Shown here: positions 24,421 to 33,096 of the stretch, piece by piece
Numbering within the stretch: position 1 is the stretch's first letter
Layout of the letters: every line of letters begins with the position of its first letter
IMG/VR virus record: IMGVR_UViG_3300044831_000011
Location: 1-59,696 of that record
Reading direction: 5' to 3' (one strand)
Origin: a virus
Taxonomy: Duplodnaviria; Caudoviricetes
Length of the DNA stretch: 59,696 nt
Translations under genes and position numbers: made by a program
Notes under the pieces: generated by a model
Database searches by the model: none
What the model was told of the DNA's origin: nothing
The model's input: only the letters and a program-made list of their open reading frames with translations

Positions 24421-25103
24421 TTAGGCTCACTCCCAAAGTGGACGCTCACGCCAGCAAATACCGCCTTATTCTCGGCGCCCATAAACAAGCCCCATTTTGA
24501 CTGAATCCGGTAATCAATGAACAGAGCAGGGGTGTAGCCTTCACTTCCGCCGGCACGCGCAACTCCCAGGCCGGCCGTCCACCGCGGCACGGCGCCCGCG
24601 GCTTTCCATTCGTTGTTGGATTTCGTCAATGAGGCAATCTGGGCCTTGTAGTCCAGCGCGTCAGCATCGCATTTCGTCAGCCCTGCTTCTGTGAGTTGGC
24701 AGGACTTCTCCCGCTGGCCTAAGAGCACCATCTGAGGATCGGATAGCAGGGTGTAGTTCGTGTTGGCAGCGCCCGGTAAGGCTTTCTGTACATCCGGCGG
24801 CAATTCGGCCTTGGTGACTTGCTGAGGGGAAGGCTGGCCTGCTGGCGATACTACAGGCTGAATGACCGTAACAGCTTGTTTGGCTGTCATGGTGGCAATC
24901 TGCTGCTGTACCTGATCCTTGAATGCCTCAAAGGTTTTGTCACGGTCCGTCAGAGCTTGGTTTTTGGCCGCGATGACCTGATCCGTGGCCTTCTGCTGCT
25001 CCTCAGCCCTTGCCAGAGAGACGGAATACTTGATGGCAAAGAAGCCGATGATCAGCACCAGCGCGCCCACGATGACGAGATAGATTTTGTGGAGTTTGGT
25101 CAT
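24417..25103 (-). CDS. Spanin-like protein
   Basis: N-terminal TM anchor, coiled coil, C-terminal beta-rich segment; lysis module. Confidence 0.5.
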   Translation of the reverse strand: MTKLHKIYLVIVGALVLIIGFFAIKYSVSLARAEEQQKATDQVIAAKNQALTDRDKTFEAFKDQVQQQIATMTAKQAVTVIQPVVSPAGQPSPQQVTKAELPPDVQKALPGAANTNYTLLSDPQMVLLGQREKSCQLTEAGLTKCDADALDYKAQIASLTKSNNEWKAAGAVPRWTAGLGVARAGGSEGYTPALFIDYRIQSKWGLFMGAENKAVFAGVSVHFGSEPK

Positions 25104-25300
25104 ACCAGCTTTTTAACCTTCCCCGCGCTGTTGACCAATATCGCCTCTCCCTTTTTGGCCAGAGCTTCCGCTTTCTGCGCCTCAGAACGGAAGAGATCGA
25201 GAATCAAATCGACCAAGTTGTAGTTTTTGAGGTATTCCACCAGCGATGTGACGAAACCGCCGACTGCGAGTCCGATAATCAATGCTAACCAGGGATTCAT
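25100..25300 (-). CDS. Small membrane protein
   Basis: N-terminal TM; AAGGAG SD. Confidence 0.6.
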   Translation of the reverse strand: MNPWLALIIGLAVGGFVTSLVEYLKNYNLVDLILDLFRSEAQKAEALAKKGEAILVNSAGKVKKLV

Positions 25301-25380
25301 TGGTGCTCCTTTTTGTGCTATATTTGATGCCGTGATTCTTAACCGTTCATCCCGATCGTCAAGTTCCCGCTAGCCATAGC

Positions 25381-25475
25381 GGAGGGTTGGGACAGTCCGG
25401 TCTACTCCAGTGCATTGCTAACGCACCGAAGCCCCTAACAAGGCGACACAGGTTCAAATCCTGTACCCTCCGCCA
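25381..25475 (+). tRNA. tRNA-Ser(GCT)
   Basis: GGAGGGT/ACCCTCC acceptor, loop TTGCTAA, long variable arm, GGTTCAAATCC, G73, CCA; extended -10 TGCTATATT upstream. Confidence 0.9.
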
Positions 25476-25484
25476 AAGTTTTAT

Positions 25485-25573
25485 GGAAGGTTCCGCTAAA
25501 TGGTAGGCAACTAGTCCTGAAAACTAGGGTATGGTGATGAGCCATAGGGGTTCGATTCCTCCACCTTCCGCCA
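25485..25573 (+). tRNA. tRNA-Ser(TGA) with C33
   Basis: GGAAGGT/ACCTTCC acceptor, CTAGT-CCTGAAA-ACTAG, long variable arm, GGTTCGATTCC, G73, CCA. Confidence 0.85.
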
Positions 25574-25798
25574 GTTTTGCCCGGATGCGGGAGCCTTGAA
25601 AGCTCTCGCTAGTTGCAACCGGACATAGAACGGCGTGGTAACTATGCAACGGTTGCCACGCATGTTTCTATGGTGCTATTCCGCACTTGTGCAGAAATTC
25701 TTCATCCGTTTCTAGCTCAGGTGTAGTTCCGATTACGCCGGAATACTCAGTTGCAATAGCGCCTGAGGATATTGGCCCATCGCTTGAAAAATTGAAAT

Positions 25799-26083
25799 TC
25801 ATACATTCGGCCCGGTTTTCCAGCCTTTGCCCCAGCCGAAATGCCAGACAAGAAAGGCTGCTGCTACAGCGAATATGACCACCAGCGCAATCAGCACAGG
25901 ACGTGAGACGTTGTAACGAATGAACCATGTGTAAGCCGTGAAGTTTTTCACTCCAGCGCCCCAGAGTGATTCGCCAATTGCAAAGCTGAGCAGAAAAAGA
26001 AAGCCAAATCCAGTTGTAACCGTCCACCAAATATCAGAGGTAGAAGGGAAGGGAGAATTGAGAGCTTTAGATAGCCAGCTCAT
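25799..26083 (-). CDS. Small two-TM membrane protein
   Basis: MSWLSKAL start with GGAG SD; two hydrophobic segments. Confidence 0.55.
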   Translation of the reverse strand: MSWLSKALNSPFPSTSDIWWTVTTGFGFLFLLSFAIGESLWGAGVKNFTAYTWFIRYNVSRPVLIALVVIFAVAAAFLVWHFGWGKGWKTGPNV

Positions 26084-26371
26084 CGTCCGAACTCCACCAT
26101 AACGCCGCCGCAATCTGTTACAGGGCAACCGAGTGCGCCGTCGCCATAAATATCCGGTTGGCAATCACCGCCGCGGCACGTTGATCCGCAAAGTGAGCAG
26201 ACCATTGGAACATCAAGAATGCTACCCAGTTCAGTCATGCTTTTTCCTTTTTTAACGCGTTCCCCACAGCCTTGCAGTTTGCTTCACAAGTAGGGCACAC
26301 GTTCCATATTCCGCCGGGGTAAACAGTTGGCTGAAGTTTCACGTTATGAGCGTTGCAGAATCCGGGGCGCG

Positions 26372-26782
26372 TCATTGCCATTCTCCAATCTGAATTTGCA
26401 GTGCCAGACGGTGAGCGCGCGCGCCGATCTGCTCTGCCCACTTGCTCTGCAACATCTCTTCTGAGGCTTTCTCGTAGTCTCCCGCATGAATCATGGCGAG
26501 GGTGTTCCTGAAGCCCATGAGGCCGTGAATGCCCATATTGAAAGCCATGTTGATGAGTGCGCCGCGGCGAACTTCATCCAGTTCGGCAGTCCAAGGCAGG
26601 GTTTCCAGAAGCGCAGCCGTGGCTTTGCCGATGTCATTGTTCAGCAGGAGTTCTGCCTCAGCTTGGCTGATTCCCACGTCTGAAATGTTACGGCCCACGC
26701 CTATTGTGAGCTTGCCGACTGAGTCCGTATAGACCCTCAGTCGGCAGCCCTCATCTCGCAAAAGTTGCTCAGTGATTGTCAT
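26372..26782 (-). CDS. Endolysin (phage lysozyme, GH24/T4-like)
   Basis: DEG.RL.VY.DS.G.LTIGVGRN, NMAFNMG, SKWA.Q...RA.RL. Confidence 0.92.
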   Translation of the reverse strand: MTITEQLLRDEGCRLRVYTDSVGKLTIGVGRNISDVGISQAEAELLLNNDIGKATAALLETLPWTAELDEVRRGALINMAFNMGIHGLMGFRNTLAMIHAGDYEKASEEMLQSKWAEQIGARAHRLALQIQIGEWQ

Positions 26783-26907
26783 TACGGGTTTGGTGGTTTC
26801 GGCGGATGTGGCGGCTGATCGTCCCAGTCTTTCGGTTGGTCACTGGGAGGCTGTGGCGGCTTGGGTGGCTGATCGTCTGACGGTTTGGGTTTGTGCTTAT
26901 CGGGCAT
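26782..26907 (-). CDS. Pro-rich peptide (41 aa)
   Basis: MPDKHKPKPSDDQPPKPP...; AAGGAG SD; coupled to the lysozyme gene. Confidence 0.5.
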   Translation of the reverse strand: MPDKHKPKPSDDQPPKPPQPPSDQPKDWDDQPPHPPKPPNP

Positions 26908-27448
26908 CGGCTATCTCCTTTGGTGGAATTGGAAACTTGACGCTCTGGCCATTGCCATCGCTGTATTTTATGTATCCCAGGTTCGGGCCGTTCATGCTCT
27001 TGCAGCCATGCTTCTGCTCATAAATCCAGATTTGCAGTTTCTCTCCGGGCTCCCAATCGGCGGAAGAGTTTGGGCAAATGACGGCTCCGAATGACTGCCC
27101 CCATTCCGTTTGCAGCCTGTAGTTTTGGGGGTCGAATCTATTCAACACCAGCACATCACCCATGGTCTGTGTATTGCGGTAAGTCTGAAATTCACGGCTT
27201 GCGTATCCTATCCCCACGCCCAGGATGAGAGCCGTTATGGTCGCTATGTAGATCGACCTCTTGCCCCGCTGCTGCACTATGGGCATGTTGATGTGCAGAG
27301 GCGTCCGGAGAGGTTCCCATGCCAGCTTCTTTGTGGCGGATTTCTCTCTCATGCTCTCTCTGACGCCGCCGAATATCACCCACACGGATATGGATGTAAG
27401 CGATAGCAATGGCAGCCACGATATTGCAAATGCCAGTAAAGATCTCAT
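26897..27448 (-). CDS. Membrane protein
   Basis: Two TM segments and a C-terminal soluble domain. Confidence 0.6.
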   Translation of the reverse strand: MRSLLAFAISWLPLLSLTSISVWVIFGGVRESMREKSATKKLAWEPLRTPLHINMPIVQQRGKRSIYIATITALILGVGIGYASREFQTYRNTQTMGDVLVLNRFDPQNYRLQTEWGQSFGAVICPNSSADWEPGEKLQIWIYEQKHGCKSMNGPNLGYIKYSDGNGQSVKFPIPPKEIADAR

Positions 27449-27553
27449 GTAACATCCTTCTCTCCCCCGCAACCGGATTTATTGCCTGCTCTCCGCAAAC
27501 CTGCGGGTTTATAACTTTCCGCCAACTACTTCCCGGAAGGGAAAAACTATTTG

Positions 27554-27832
27554 CTAATGTCCGTTGCCGCTGGATTCTTGCCGGTCTTTTTCTTCGAGCA
27601 CGCCCTTGGCATGTTCCTGCGCGCCGACTGCCGCAATGCGTTCGTCCTTTACGCCCATGGTGACGACTTGGGCCGCGATTGTCGCGTCTTTTGAATCGGT
27701 CAGCTTCGTAACCACTCCATTAACCGATTTCTCCACTCTGCGGGCTCCCCAGAGAATGGCTCCCGCGGCCATCATGGAAGCAAACACTGTTCCCATGAAC
27801 TGAATCAGCGCGATCTTTACGGCATCTGTCAT
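27554..27832 (-). CDS. Holin-like single-TM protein
   Basis: N-terminal TM followed by coiled coil. Confidence 0.5.
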   Translation of the reverse strand: MTDAVKIALIQFMGTVFASMMAAGAILWGARRVEKSVNGVVTKLTDSKDATIAAQVVTMGVKDERIAAVGAQEHAKGVLEEKDRQESSGNGH

Positions 27833-27849
27833 GACAAGTTCCTTTATTA

Positions 27850-27877
27850 GAAAGCGGGGCAGCCGAAGCCGCCCCAC
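27850..27877 (-). terminator. Intrinsic terminator
   Basis: GTGGGGCGGC-TTCG-GCTGCCCCGC-TTTCT. Confidence 0.75.
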
Positions 27878-27883
27878 CTGGAT

Positions 27884-28198
27884 TTATGCAGCCGGGGGAA
27901 CAGCCGCCGGGGTGTTGGCCGCGACAGCCGCCGCCAGTTCGCTCTTGTTGGCCGCGATTGCATCGCTGAGAGCCTGAAGTTTTACGGGATCAGTTCCAGC
28001 AGCCGCGAGCTGCGCCGAAATGCTGTTGAGTAGCGTAACTGCTCCGTCAATCACGGTCTTTTCGTCCGCAACTGCCTGAATATCCTGGTCGAGTGAAATT
28101 GCCATTTGTGCTTCTCCTTTTTCGATTACGCCTAAGGCGTTTAGTATTTGATCCAACTTCTTGTCAATTGAGTACAGCGTTACAAAATTCCACGTCAT
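27884..28198 (-). CDS. Ala-rich coiled-coil phage protein
   Basis: LAAAVAANTP C-terminus; possible internal start MAISLDQ with AGGAG. Confidence 0.65.
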   Translation of the reverse strand: MTWNFVTLYSIDKKLDQILNALGVIEKGEAQMAISLDQDIQAVADEKTVIDGAVTLLNSISAQLAAAGTDPVKLQALSDAIAANKSELAAAVAANTPAAVPPAA

Positions 28199-28500
28199 AA
28201 TCTGGGCTCTTTTCTGCGTTCTTTTTGCTCTTCCTCTTCCCAAAGCCAGCGTGTGATTTGATTGTTTGCCCAATGCAGACCGCCCTTGGCATCGCGCTTC
28301 CAAACGGTTTCATCAATGAGCCGCTTCACTTCTATCTGCTGCTGCGCGGTTAGGCCGTCAGGCGATGCGCCGAATATTCCCTTCAACTGCTTGGCAGTCC
28401 ACACGCCCACATAAACCAGAAAGGCAAAGGCGATCAGCCATGCTGGAACGGAGTTCTCCCACTCTTTAATACTGAATGGAGCCTGTAGAGAGCAGAGCAT
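28195..28500 (-). CDS. Holin-like membrane protein
   Basis: One TM and a charged C-terminus. Confidence 0.5.
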   Translation of the reverse strand: MLCSLQAPFSIKEWENSVPAWLIAFAFLVYVGVWTAKQLKGIFGASPDGLTAQQQIEVKRLIDETVWKRDAKGGLHWANNQITRWLWEEEEQKERRKEPRL

Positions 28501-29427
28501 TTAGCTGAAGGTCACTTGCAGATTGTTGATGGTGGCCTTGTAGGGCTTCGCGTCACCTGTAGCGTCAAGCTGCCACGCTGCATTGCAATACGGCTGGCCT
28601 TTTACATCCATCGTCACCGGATGGCTGAAGGCGACTGGCGTTGCAGTTCCATCCACAATCACCTGCACAAACTGCACGGTCTTTCCGTCACAGGTGGCTT
28701 GAATTTCAATGTGGATCATCTTCCCTGGTGTTGGCTTTGCCGTGACGCCCAGAGCCACCCAAGACTTCTTCACAAAATCAAAGCCGCGAAGCTGCCAGCT
28801 ACCAGCAGAGGGAAAGAGCTGAGGGCCAACATTGATTACCGTGCCGTCGGATTTGCGGATTTGGTAATCCAATTCACCCGCCTGCACGGAAGCCAGCGGA
28901 TCAAACATGTAATCGCAGGAGATGGAAAACTTAGTTGCCGTTTCCATGATCAACTTCTGCGCAGCCGTGAGCGTGCTGTAGAGCCTGCGGAGCAAGTAAA
29001 CGTTGTCGCTGCTCTTGTCGGCCAAAACCACCGGATGGAAGTCTGCCGTGGCCGGCGCTCCCGGCGTAACGGTGACTGTTCCGTGTGGGCCCGTCTTGGG
29101 TGAGCTTGCTGAACGCGCTTCATACCAAAGCTGTTCTGGCATCACAGCTTGGATCTCGGAAATCGTTACAATTCCGGCCGCTGCGGTCAGGTCGGCAACC
29201 TGCTTTTGCAGCGTGGTGATTTGCTGGCCTTGCTGGGTAATCGTCTGGTCTTTCGCGTCGTCAAGTTTGCCTGCTTCCGCAATATCGTTTTGGGCCGCTG
29301 TAAGTGCGCTATTCATGGGTTCTCCTGTGGATTTGACAATGATTTCTCCTACCCCTTTGCACTTGGAGCAGGTGTTCTTTCCGTAGCCGTGGCATCGGGG
29401 ACATTTGCGAACTTTCACTACTGGCAT
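28501..29427 (-). CDS. Zn-finger + coiled coil + beta-sandwich (lectin-like) protein
   Basis: CPRCHG...CSKCKG N-terminus; strong internal start at 29316; beta-rich C-terminal domain. Confidence 0.55.
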   Translation of the reverse strand: MPVVKVRKCPRCHGYGKNTCSKCKGVGEIIVKSTGEPMNSALTAAQNDIAEAGKLDDAKDQTITQQGQQITTLQKQVADLTAAAGIVTISEIQAVMPEQLWYEARSASSPKTGPHGTVTVTPGAPATADFHPVVLADKSSDNVYLLRRLYSTLTAAQKLIMETATKFSISCDYMFDPLASVQAGELDYQIRKSDGTVINVGPQLFPSAGSWQLRGFDFVKKSWVALGVTAKPTPGKMIHIEIQATCDGKTVQFVQVIVDGTATPVAFSHPVTMDVKGQPYCNAAWQLDATGDAKPYKATINNLQVTFS

Positions 29428-29443
29428 GGGGGAACATTGGCGG

Positions 29444-29653
29444 CTAAGGGTGATCGCCTGCGTATGGCAGCAGAAGCCAGATGATGACGATTATCAGCAG
29501 AATCAACAGCACTACCCTGAGCGGCTTTTGTGCTTCTGCTGGTGCGAGGCCGGTTAAAACATAAAGCCCGTAAAACAAAAGGCCCACGATGAGAACCCAC
29601 AGAAGAATATGAATTGGGTTAAGTGCGGCCAACATGGCGACGGCTAAGAGCAT
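29444..29653 (-). CDS. Small two-TM membrane protein
   Basis: Highly hydrophobic; AAGGAG SD. Confidence 0.65.
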   Translation of the reverse strand: MLLAVAMLAALNPIHILLWVLIVGLLFYGLYVLTGLAPAEAQKPLRVVLLILLIIVIIWLLLPYAGDHP

Positions 29654-29684
29654 GACTGAATCTCCTTGGGTTTAAATTCCAATG

Positions 29685-29707
29685 AAAAAGCAGCCCGTAG
29701 GCTGCCT
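29685..29707 (-). terminator. Intrinsic terminator
   Basis: GGCAGCC-TACG-GGCTGCT-TTTT. Confidence 0.7.
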
Positions 29708-29729
29708 GTGTTTTGAATTGTGTTTTCTT

Positions 29730-30044
29730 TTACCAGCGATAGGATTTAGCTTCTGCTTGTTTTTTGAGCAACTTATTTTCTATCCGTGCGCAGAGATTCT
29801 GATGTTCTTTAGTTGTCGGCGGATCGATATGGCATTGCTTGTAAATTCTGAAATCCAGATCGCCCAACTGTTTTTCAATGAGTTCAGTTTGCAGTTGTTT
29901 TATGTGTTCCGCAGTTTCAAAAATTCTGCCATTCTGCTCGACGAGGGCCGCCATTTCCTTGTCTTCTTCAGGCGCTGTTATCCATGCAGTTGCGCCGATG
30001 GCCAAAATTCCCACAACTACAATGGCCGCTATCCTCTTTCCCAT
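29730..30044 (-). CDS. Membrane-anchored hypothetical protein
   Basis: N-terminal TM; GGAGG SD. Confidence 0.6.
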   Translation of the reverse strand: MGKRIAAIVVVGILAIGATAWITAPEEDKEMAALVEQNGRIFETAEHIKQLQTELIEKQLGDLDFRIYKQCHIDPPTTKEHQNLCARIENKLLKKQAEAKSYRW

Positions 30045-30089
30045 TTCTTTCCTCCCGGAGTCCAGTAGCTTACACCAGAGTTCCGGGAA

Positions 30090-30290
30090 TTACACGGCAA
30101 CTTTAACGGCAGCCGCTGATTCCACGGGATCGCTCACCGTGATTGTGCCAACCTGGACGGTCTTAACCATCTGGTAAATAGTGAATGGCAGCTCATCCGG
30201 GCGGCCCTGGCAGTAGGCAATTGCCGCGTCAACTGTATCAAATTCATCAGGATAGAGAAGGGCTTGCGCTTTGCTGGAAACCTTAAACAT
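30090..30290 (-). CDS. Hypothetical protein
   Basis: GAGGT SD. Confidence 0.6.
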   Translation of the reverse strand: MFKVSSKAQALLYPDEFDTVDAAIAYCQGRPDELPFTIYQMVKTVQVGTITVSDPVESAAAVKVAV

Positions 30291-30318
30291 TAGTTACCTC
30301 TTAGACTAAAAATGGCTA

Positions 30319-30347
30319 TTGACAATGCTTACGTGTTAGCATAAAGT
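30319..30347 (+). promoter_or_regulatory. Moron promoter with palindromic operator in the spacer
   Basis: TTGACA-17 bp-TAAAGT; spacer contains TGCTTAC-GT-GTTAGCA; ATG 7 nt after the -10. Confidence 0.75.
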
Positions 30348-30354
30348 ACATTCC

Positions 30355-30495
30355 ATGGAGCGAATGACAAAAGCCGAAAAGACCGCGCTGCGTAAGGCGA
30401 CAAGCAAAGCCGGGAAAGCATCGGCAGCTAAACTGACTCCTGAACAGCGCAAAGAACGTGCCAGCAATGCTGCAAAAGCTCGCTGGAAACAATAA
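30355..30495 (+). CDS. Small basic protein (LTPEQR...A..AA.ARW family), probable DNA-binding regulator
   Basis: MERMTKAEKTALRKATSKAGKASAAKLTPEQRKERASNAAKARWKQ. Confidence 0.75.
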   Translation: MERMTKAEKTALRKATSKAGKASAAKLTPEQRKERASNAAKARWKQ

Positions 30496-30496
30496 C

Positions 30497-30571
30497 GGCC
30501 AGCCCGGAAGCTCTAACTTCCGAACCGGCCTAACCGTAACTCAGGGTGATAGGACACCCCAAATCATGGCT
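30497..30571 (+). ncRNA. Structured leader resembling the c4-a1b1-type phage RNA motif
   Basis: GGCC..CGGAAG-CTCTAA-CTTCCG..GGCC hairpin, CTAACCGTAAC, then a hairpin over the SD and ATCATGGCT; family assignment from memory. Confidence 0.45.
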
Positions 30572-31099
30572 AAGAAATTCTACCTCTTTTTGTTTATCTC
30601 ACTGGCCGCAATAAGCGGCTTTGCCCAAACCTTCAACAGCGCCGTTTCTTGTAACTCTCCGTTGCGCACGCTCGAAGATGGATCTAATCCACCCGCCGAT
30701 ACAGATGACGGAAGCGGCTCTCTTCAGGTGACGATCAATTGCACGGCGGTTTCAGTTGCCGGGGCATCTGGTTACATGAGCGGTTTTTTTTACTCCAACG
30801 TGGTCACTCTGCAGCACGACATTGATGTCTCTTTTGTGAACGGCTATGTGGTTAACGATGGCAAGCATTCCGGCTGGACGATCACGCTCGAAGTAACTCT
30901 TCCGTCAGCGCAGATGAAGCGGTTTAAAATTCCGTTCAACTCCACGCCGCCTACGAATAACGAATTGGTGATCCAGTGGCCCATTCTGCTGCACTTGCCA
31001 GCTGGAACCAAGCTGCAATCCTCGGTTTATGTATTTGCGGATAACGCTGCTACCTGCTCTGCCACCTGCTATGGATCGGCGCAATGGAGCTTGCAGTAA
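30566..31099 (+). CDS. Secreted beta-rich protein (moron)
   Basis: MAKKFYLFLFISLAAISGFA-Q signal peptide. Confidence 0.75.
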   Translation: MAKKFYLFLFISLAAISGFAQTFNSAVSCNSPLRTLEDGSNPPADTDDGSGSLQVTINCTAVSVAGASGYMSGFFYSNVVTLQHDIDVSFVNGYVVNDGKHSGWTITLEVTLPSAQMKRFKIPFNSTPPTNNELVIQWPILLHLPAGTKLQSSVYVFADNAATCSATCYGSAQWSLQ

Positions 31100-31124
31100 C
31101 ACACTTTTTATCAGGAGGGCTATA

Positions 31125-31325
31125 ATGTTAGGCATGTTGTATCTTTTCTCTGGCCTTGTAGCCCTCGTTATTTTCTATGTCTGGCTCATGATGAAGTGGC
31201 CGCCGTCAATGTTGCCCGTCGCATGGTACGACCTGTTTTTTAATGTTCCTTTGATCTGGAAGGCTATCCGCCACAAAGAAGACCCAGACGATATTTTTCT
31301 GGACGCATTCAATGATCACCCGTAA
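31125..31325 (+). CDS. Small membrane protein (moron)
   Basis: AGGAGG SD; TM segment. Confidence 0.6.
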   Translation: MLGMLYLFSGLVALVIFYVWLMMKWPPSMLPVAWYDLFFNVPLIWKAIRHKEDPDDIFLDAFNDHP

Positions 31326-32609
31326 TCATCTACCCATAGCGATGAAGAAAAACGAATAAGACGTTCCAGCCACCGGCGTGCCAAGTATTCCAATAGTTGC
31401 GGCAGTAGCAGTTGTACCACTGACAAATGCGCCCGCTTGAGGGGAGTTTGCATCGGATCGGCAAACCACCACAATTGGATTGTTCGTCCATGTTCCATCT
31501 GCGAACGTGATCACAAAAGTTGCATTTGCTGATTGACCCGTTCCTGAAGAATTTATCGTTATAAATCCCGCGCTATCTGTTCCTATAACTGTTCCAACAG
31601 ATGCCGTAGTACCAAATCCCGTGAGCGATCCAACCTTAGCCGCTGTAAGTGCCGTTCCCCGCGTGGCCCCTAAGCGGTTGAAGGGAGTAAGAGGGCTTGA
31701 TGCTGCCGTTCCGCCAAGCGTTGAGGCCCCCGCTATAGCAGCATTGTTTACTACGGTTGGCGATGTGCCATTCAATGGAATCTGAAAGCGTATGCCTGAC
31801 TGATTATCAAAAATCGTGAACAGCGTGGCCGCTGATTGGAAAATGCTCGTTGTATTGAAACTTGGAATATTGGCGCTCGTTGCCACAATGTTGCCCAGAA
31901 CATCGACCTTGAAAAGCGTTACCCCTGCAAGGCTTTTGAAGTTGATGAAGTTCCCGGTGGGGCTGGAATCAGTCGCGCGCGATCCCGATAGAGCATCAGT
32001 TGAATTGGTGCCCTGATTGGCTATGAAATTGTTTGCCGTGGAACCACAAGTTGGAGTTGAGCCGCCGCTATTGATGACGGTTACGAAACTGTTCGAGCAG
32101 CTACCTGTACCCGCAAGATTTGGCGCGCCGATTGCATTTGAAAATGTCTTAACACCGCCGATTGTCTGATTCGAGAATGTGTCCACAAGATTATAAGCAG
32201 GCGTGAGCGAAGGCGTTGCGGGTACAGTCGTAATGTCCAACGTGCTGCCAATGGCGTACATCACAAAGCAGCTTCCTGGCTGAATAAAGTTTGGCTGGAC
32301 GCAGGCTTTGTACGAAGTCCCAGATGGGGTGGTAATTGATGTGTTCTGCACCAGCGTGCACGTAGAAACTCCGTCCAATGCTTTCAGCACGCCAGAGCCA
32401 TTGATGAGGCAATCCACTTCTGTTGGCGTGAATCGTGCCGTGCCGCTCACCTGCGTATCAATCCCCGGCTGAAGAGTGAAAGCCACTTGCCCGGATGTGA
32501 TGAGCGCACCCGTGAGATCACGAAACGTTCCAGTTACCGCCGTTGTGCTCTGAGCACTGGCTATGCCGGCCAACAAAAACAGAAATGCGAGTACGCGAAT
32601 AAGGCGCAT
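31326..32609 (-). CDS. Tail fibre/spike-like Gly/Ser/Thr-rich protein with a signal peptide
   Basis: MRLIRVLAFLFLLAGIASA-Q; NQTIGGVKTFS fibre motif; gp53-like C-terminus. Confidence 0.65.
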   Translation of the reverse strand: MRLIRVLAFLFLLAGIASAQSTTAVTGTFRDLTGALITSGQVAFTLQPGIDTQVSGTARFTPTEVDCLINGSGVLKALDGVSTCTLVQNTSITTPSGTSYKACVQPNFIQPGSCFVMYAIGSTLDITTVPATPSLTPAYNLVDTFSNQTIGGVKTFSNAIGAPNLAGTGSCSNSFVTVINSGGSTPTCGSTANNFIANQGTNSTDALSGSRATDSSPTGNFINFKSLAGVTLFKVDVLGNIVATSANIPSFNTTSIFQSAATLFTIFDNQSGIRFQIPLNGTSPTVVNNAAIAGASTLGGTAASSPLTPFNRLGATRGTALTAAKVGSLTGFGTTASVGTVIGTDSAGFITINSSGTGQSANATFVITFADGTWTNNPIVVVCRSDANSPQAGAFVSGTTATAATIGILGTPVAGTSYSFFFIAMGR

Positions 32610-32648
32610 GAATGAAGACTCCAAAATTGTGGGCTTTTTAAGTGAGGC

Positions 32649-32933
32649 TTAGATTTGAGCTAGCTGTTCGAGGCGGTTCATTTTTGTATCGTCAACTTCA
32701 ACGATTCCAACGGGCGTTATAGGGTGATTCATTACGCTTGCCTTTACATTGCTGACAGTGTTTTCATCGAACCCCAGCACTTCTAACGCCACCTCTAAGG
32801 ACTCGATTATTCCGAAGTAAAAAAACAACGAGAAAAGGCTAGTGCCACTCCGGTGCGCCATCAATTTAAACTGAGTGGGCTGATTGGGCGGCTTAATCTT
32901 AACAATGTGGAAACTGAAATTGTCTGGCGTCAT
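32649..32933 (-). CDS. Hypothetical protein
   Basis: ORF in operon orientation. Confidence 0.45.
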   Translation of the reverse strand: MTPDNFSFHIVKIKPPNQPTQFKLMAHRSGTSLFSLFFYFGIIESLEVALEVLGFDENTVSNVKASVMNHPITPVGIVEVDDTKMNRLEQLAQI

Positions 32934-33096
32934 TGAATTTTGCGCGTGCGAATCTTGTGGCCCATATCGTGAGAGGGCAGCACTTCAACCTTTTTTACAT
33001 TCTTGGGATCGAGCGCCATCAGCTCCTCAAATGTGCCGACGCGATCACTTGATTCCTGCTTCGGTTTGGCCTTTGGCGGCCCTTGAAATTTAGGCT

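Noticed and set aside
25485-25573. Suppressor tRNA or alternative genetic code
   Set aside because: Anticodon TGA reads Ser UCA, not a stop codon, and genes are intact under the standard code.
25574-25665. Theta/HDV-like ribozyme after the tRNA
   Set aside because: Could not find the nested pseudoknot or L3/J4-2 consensus by eye.
26782-26907. CRISPR-like or regulatory repeat
   Set aside because: The repeats are explained by a Pro-rich peptide (DDQPP twice); no repeat-spacer periodicity.
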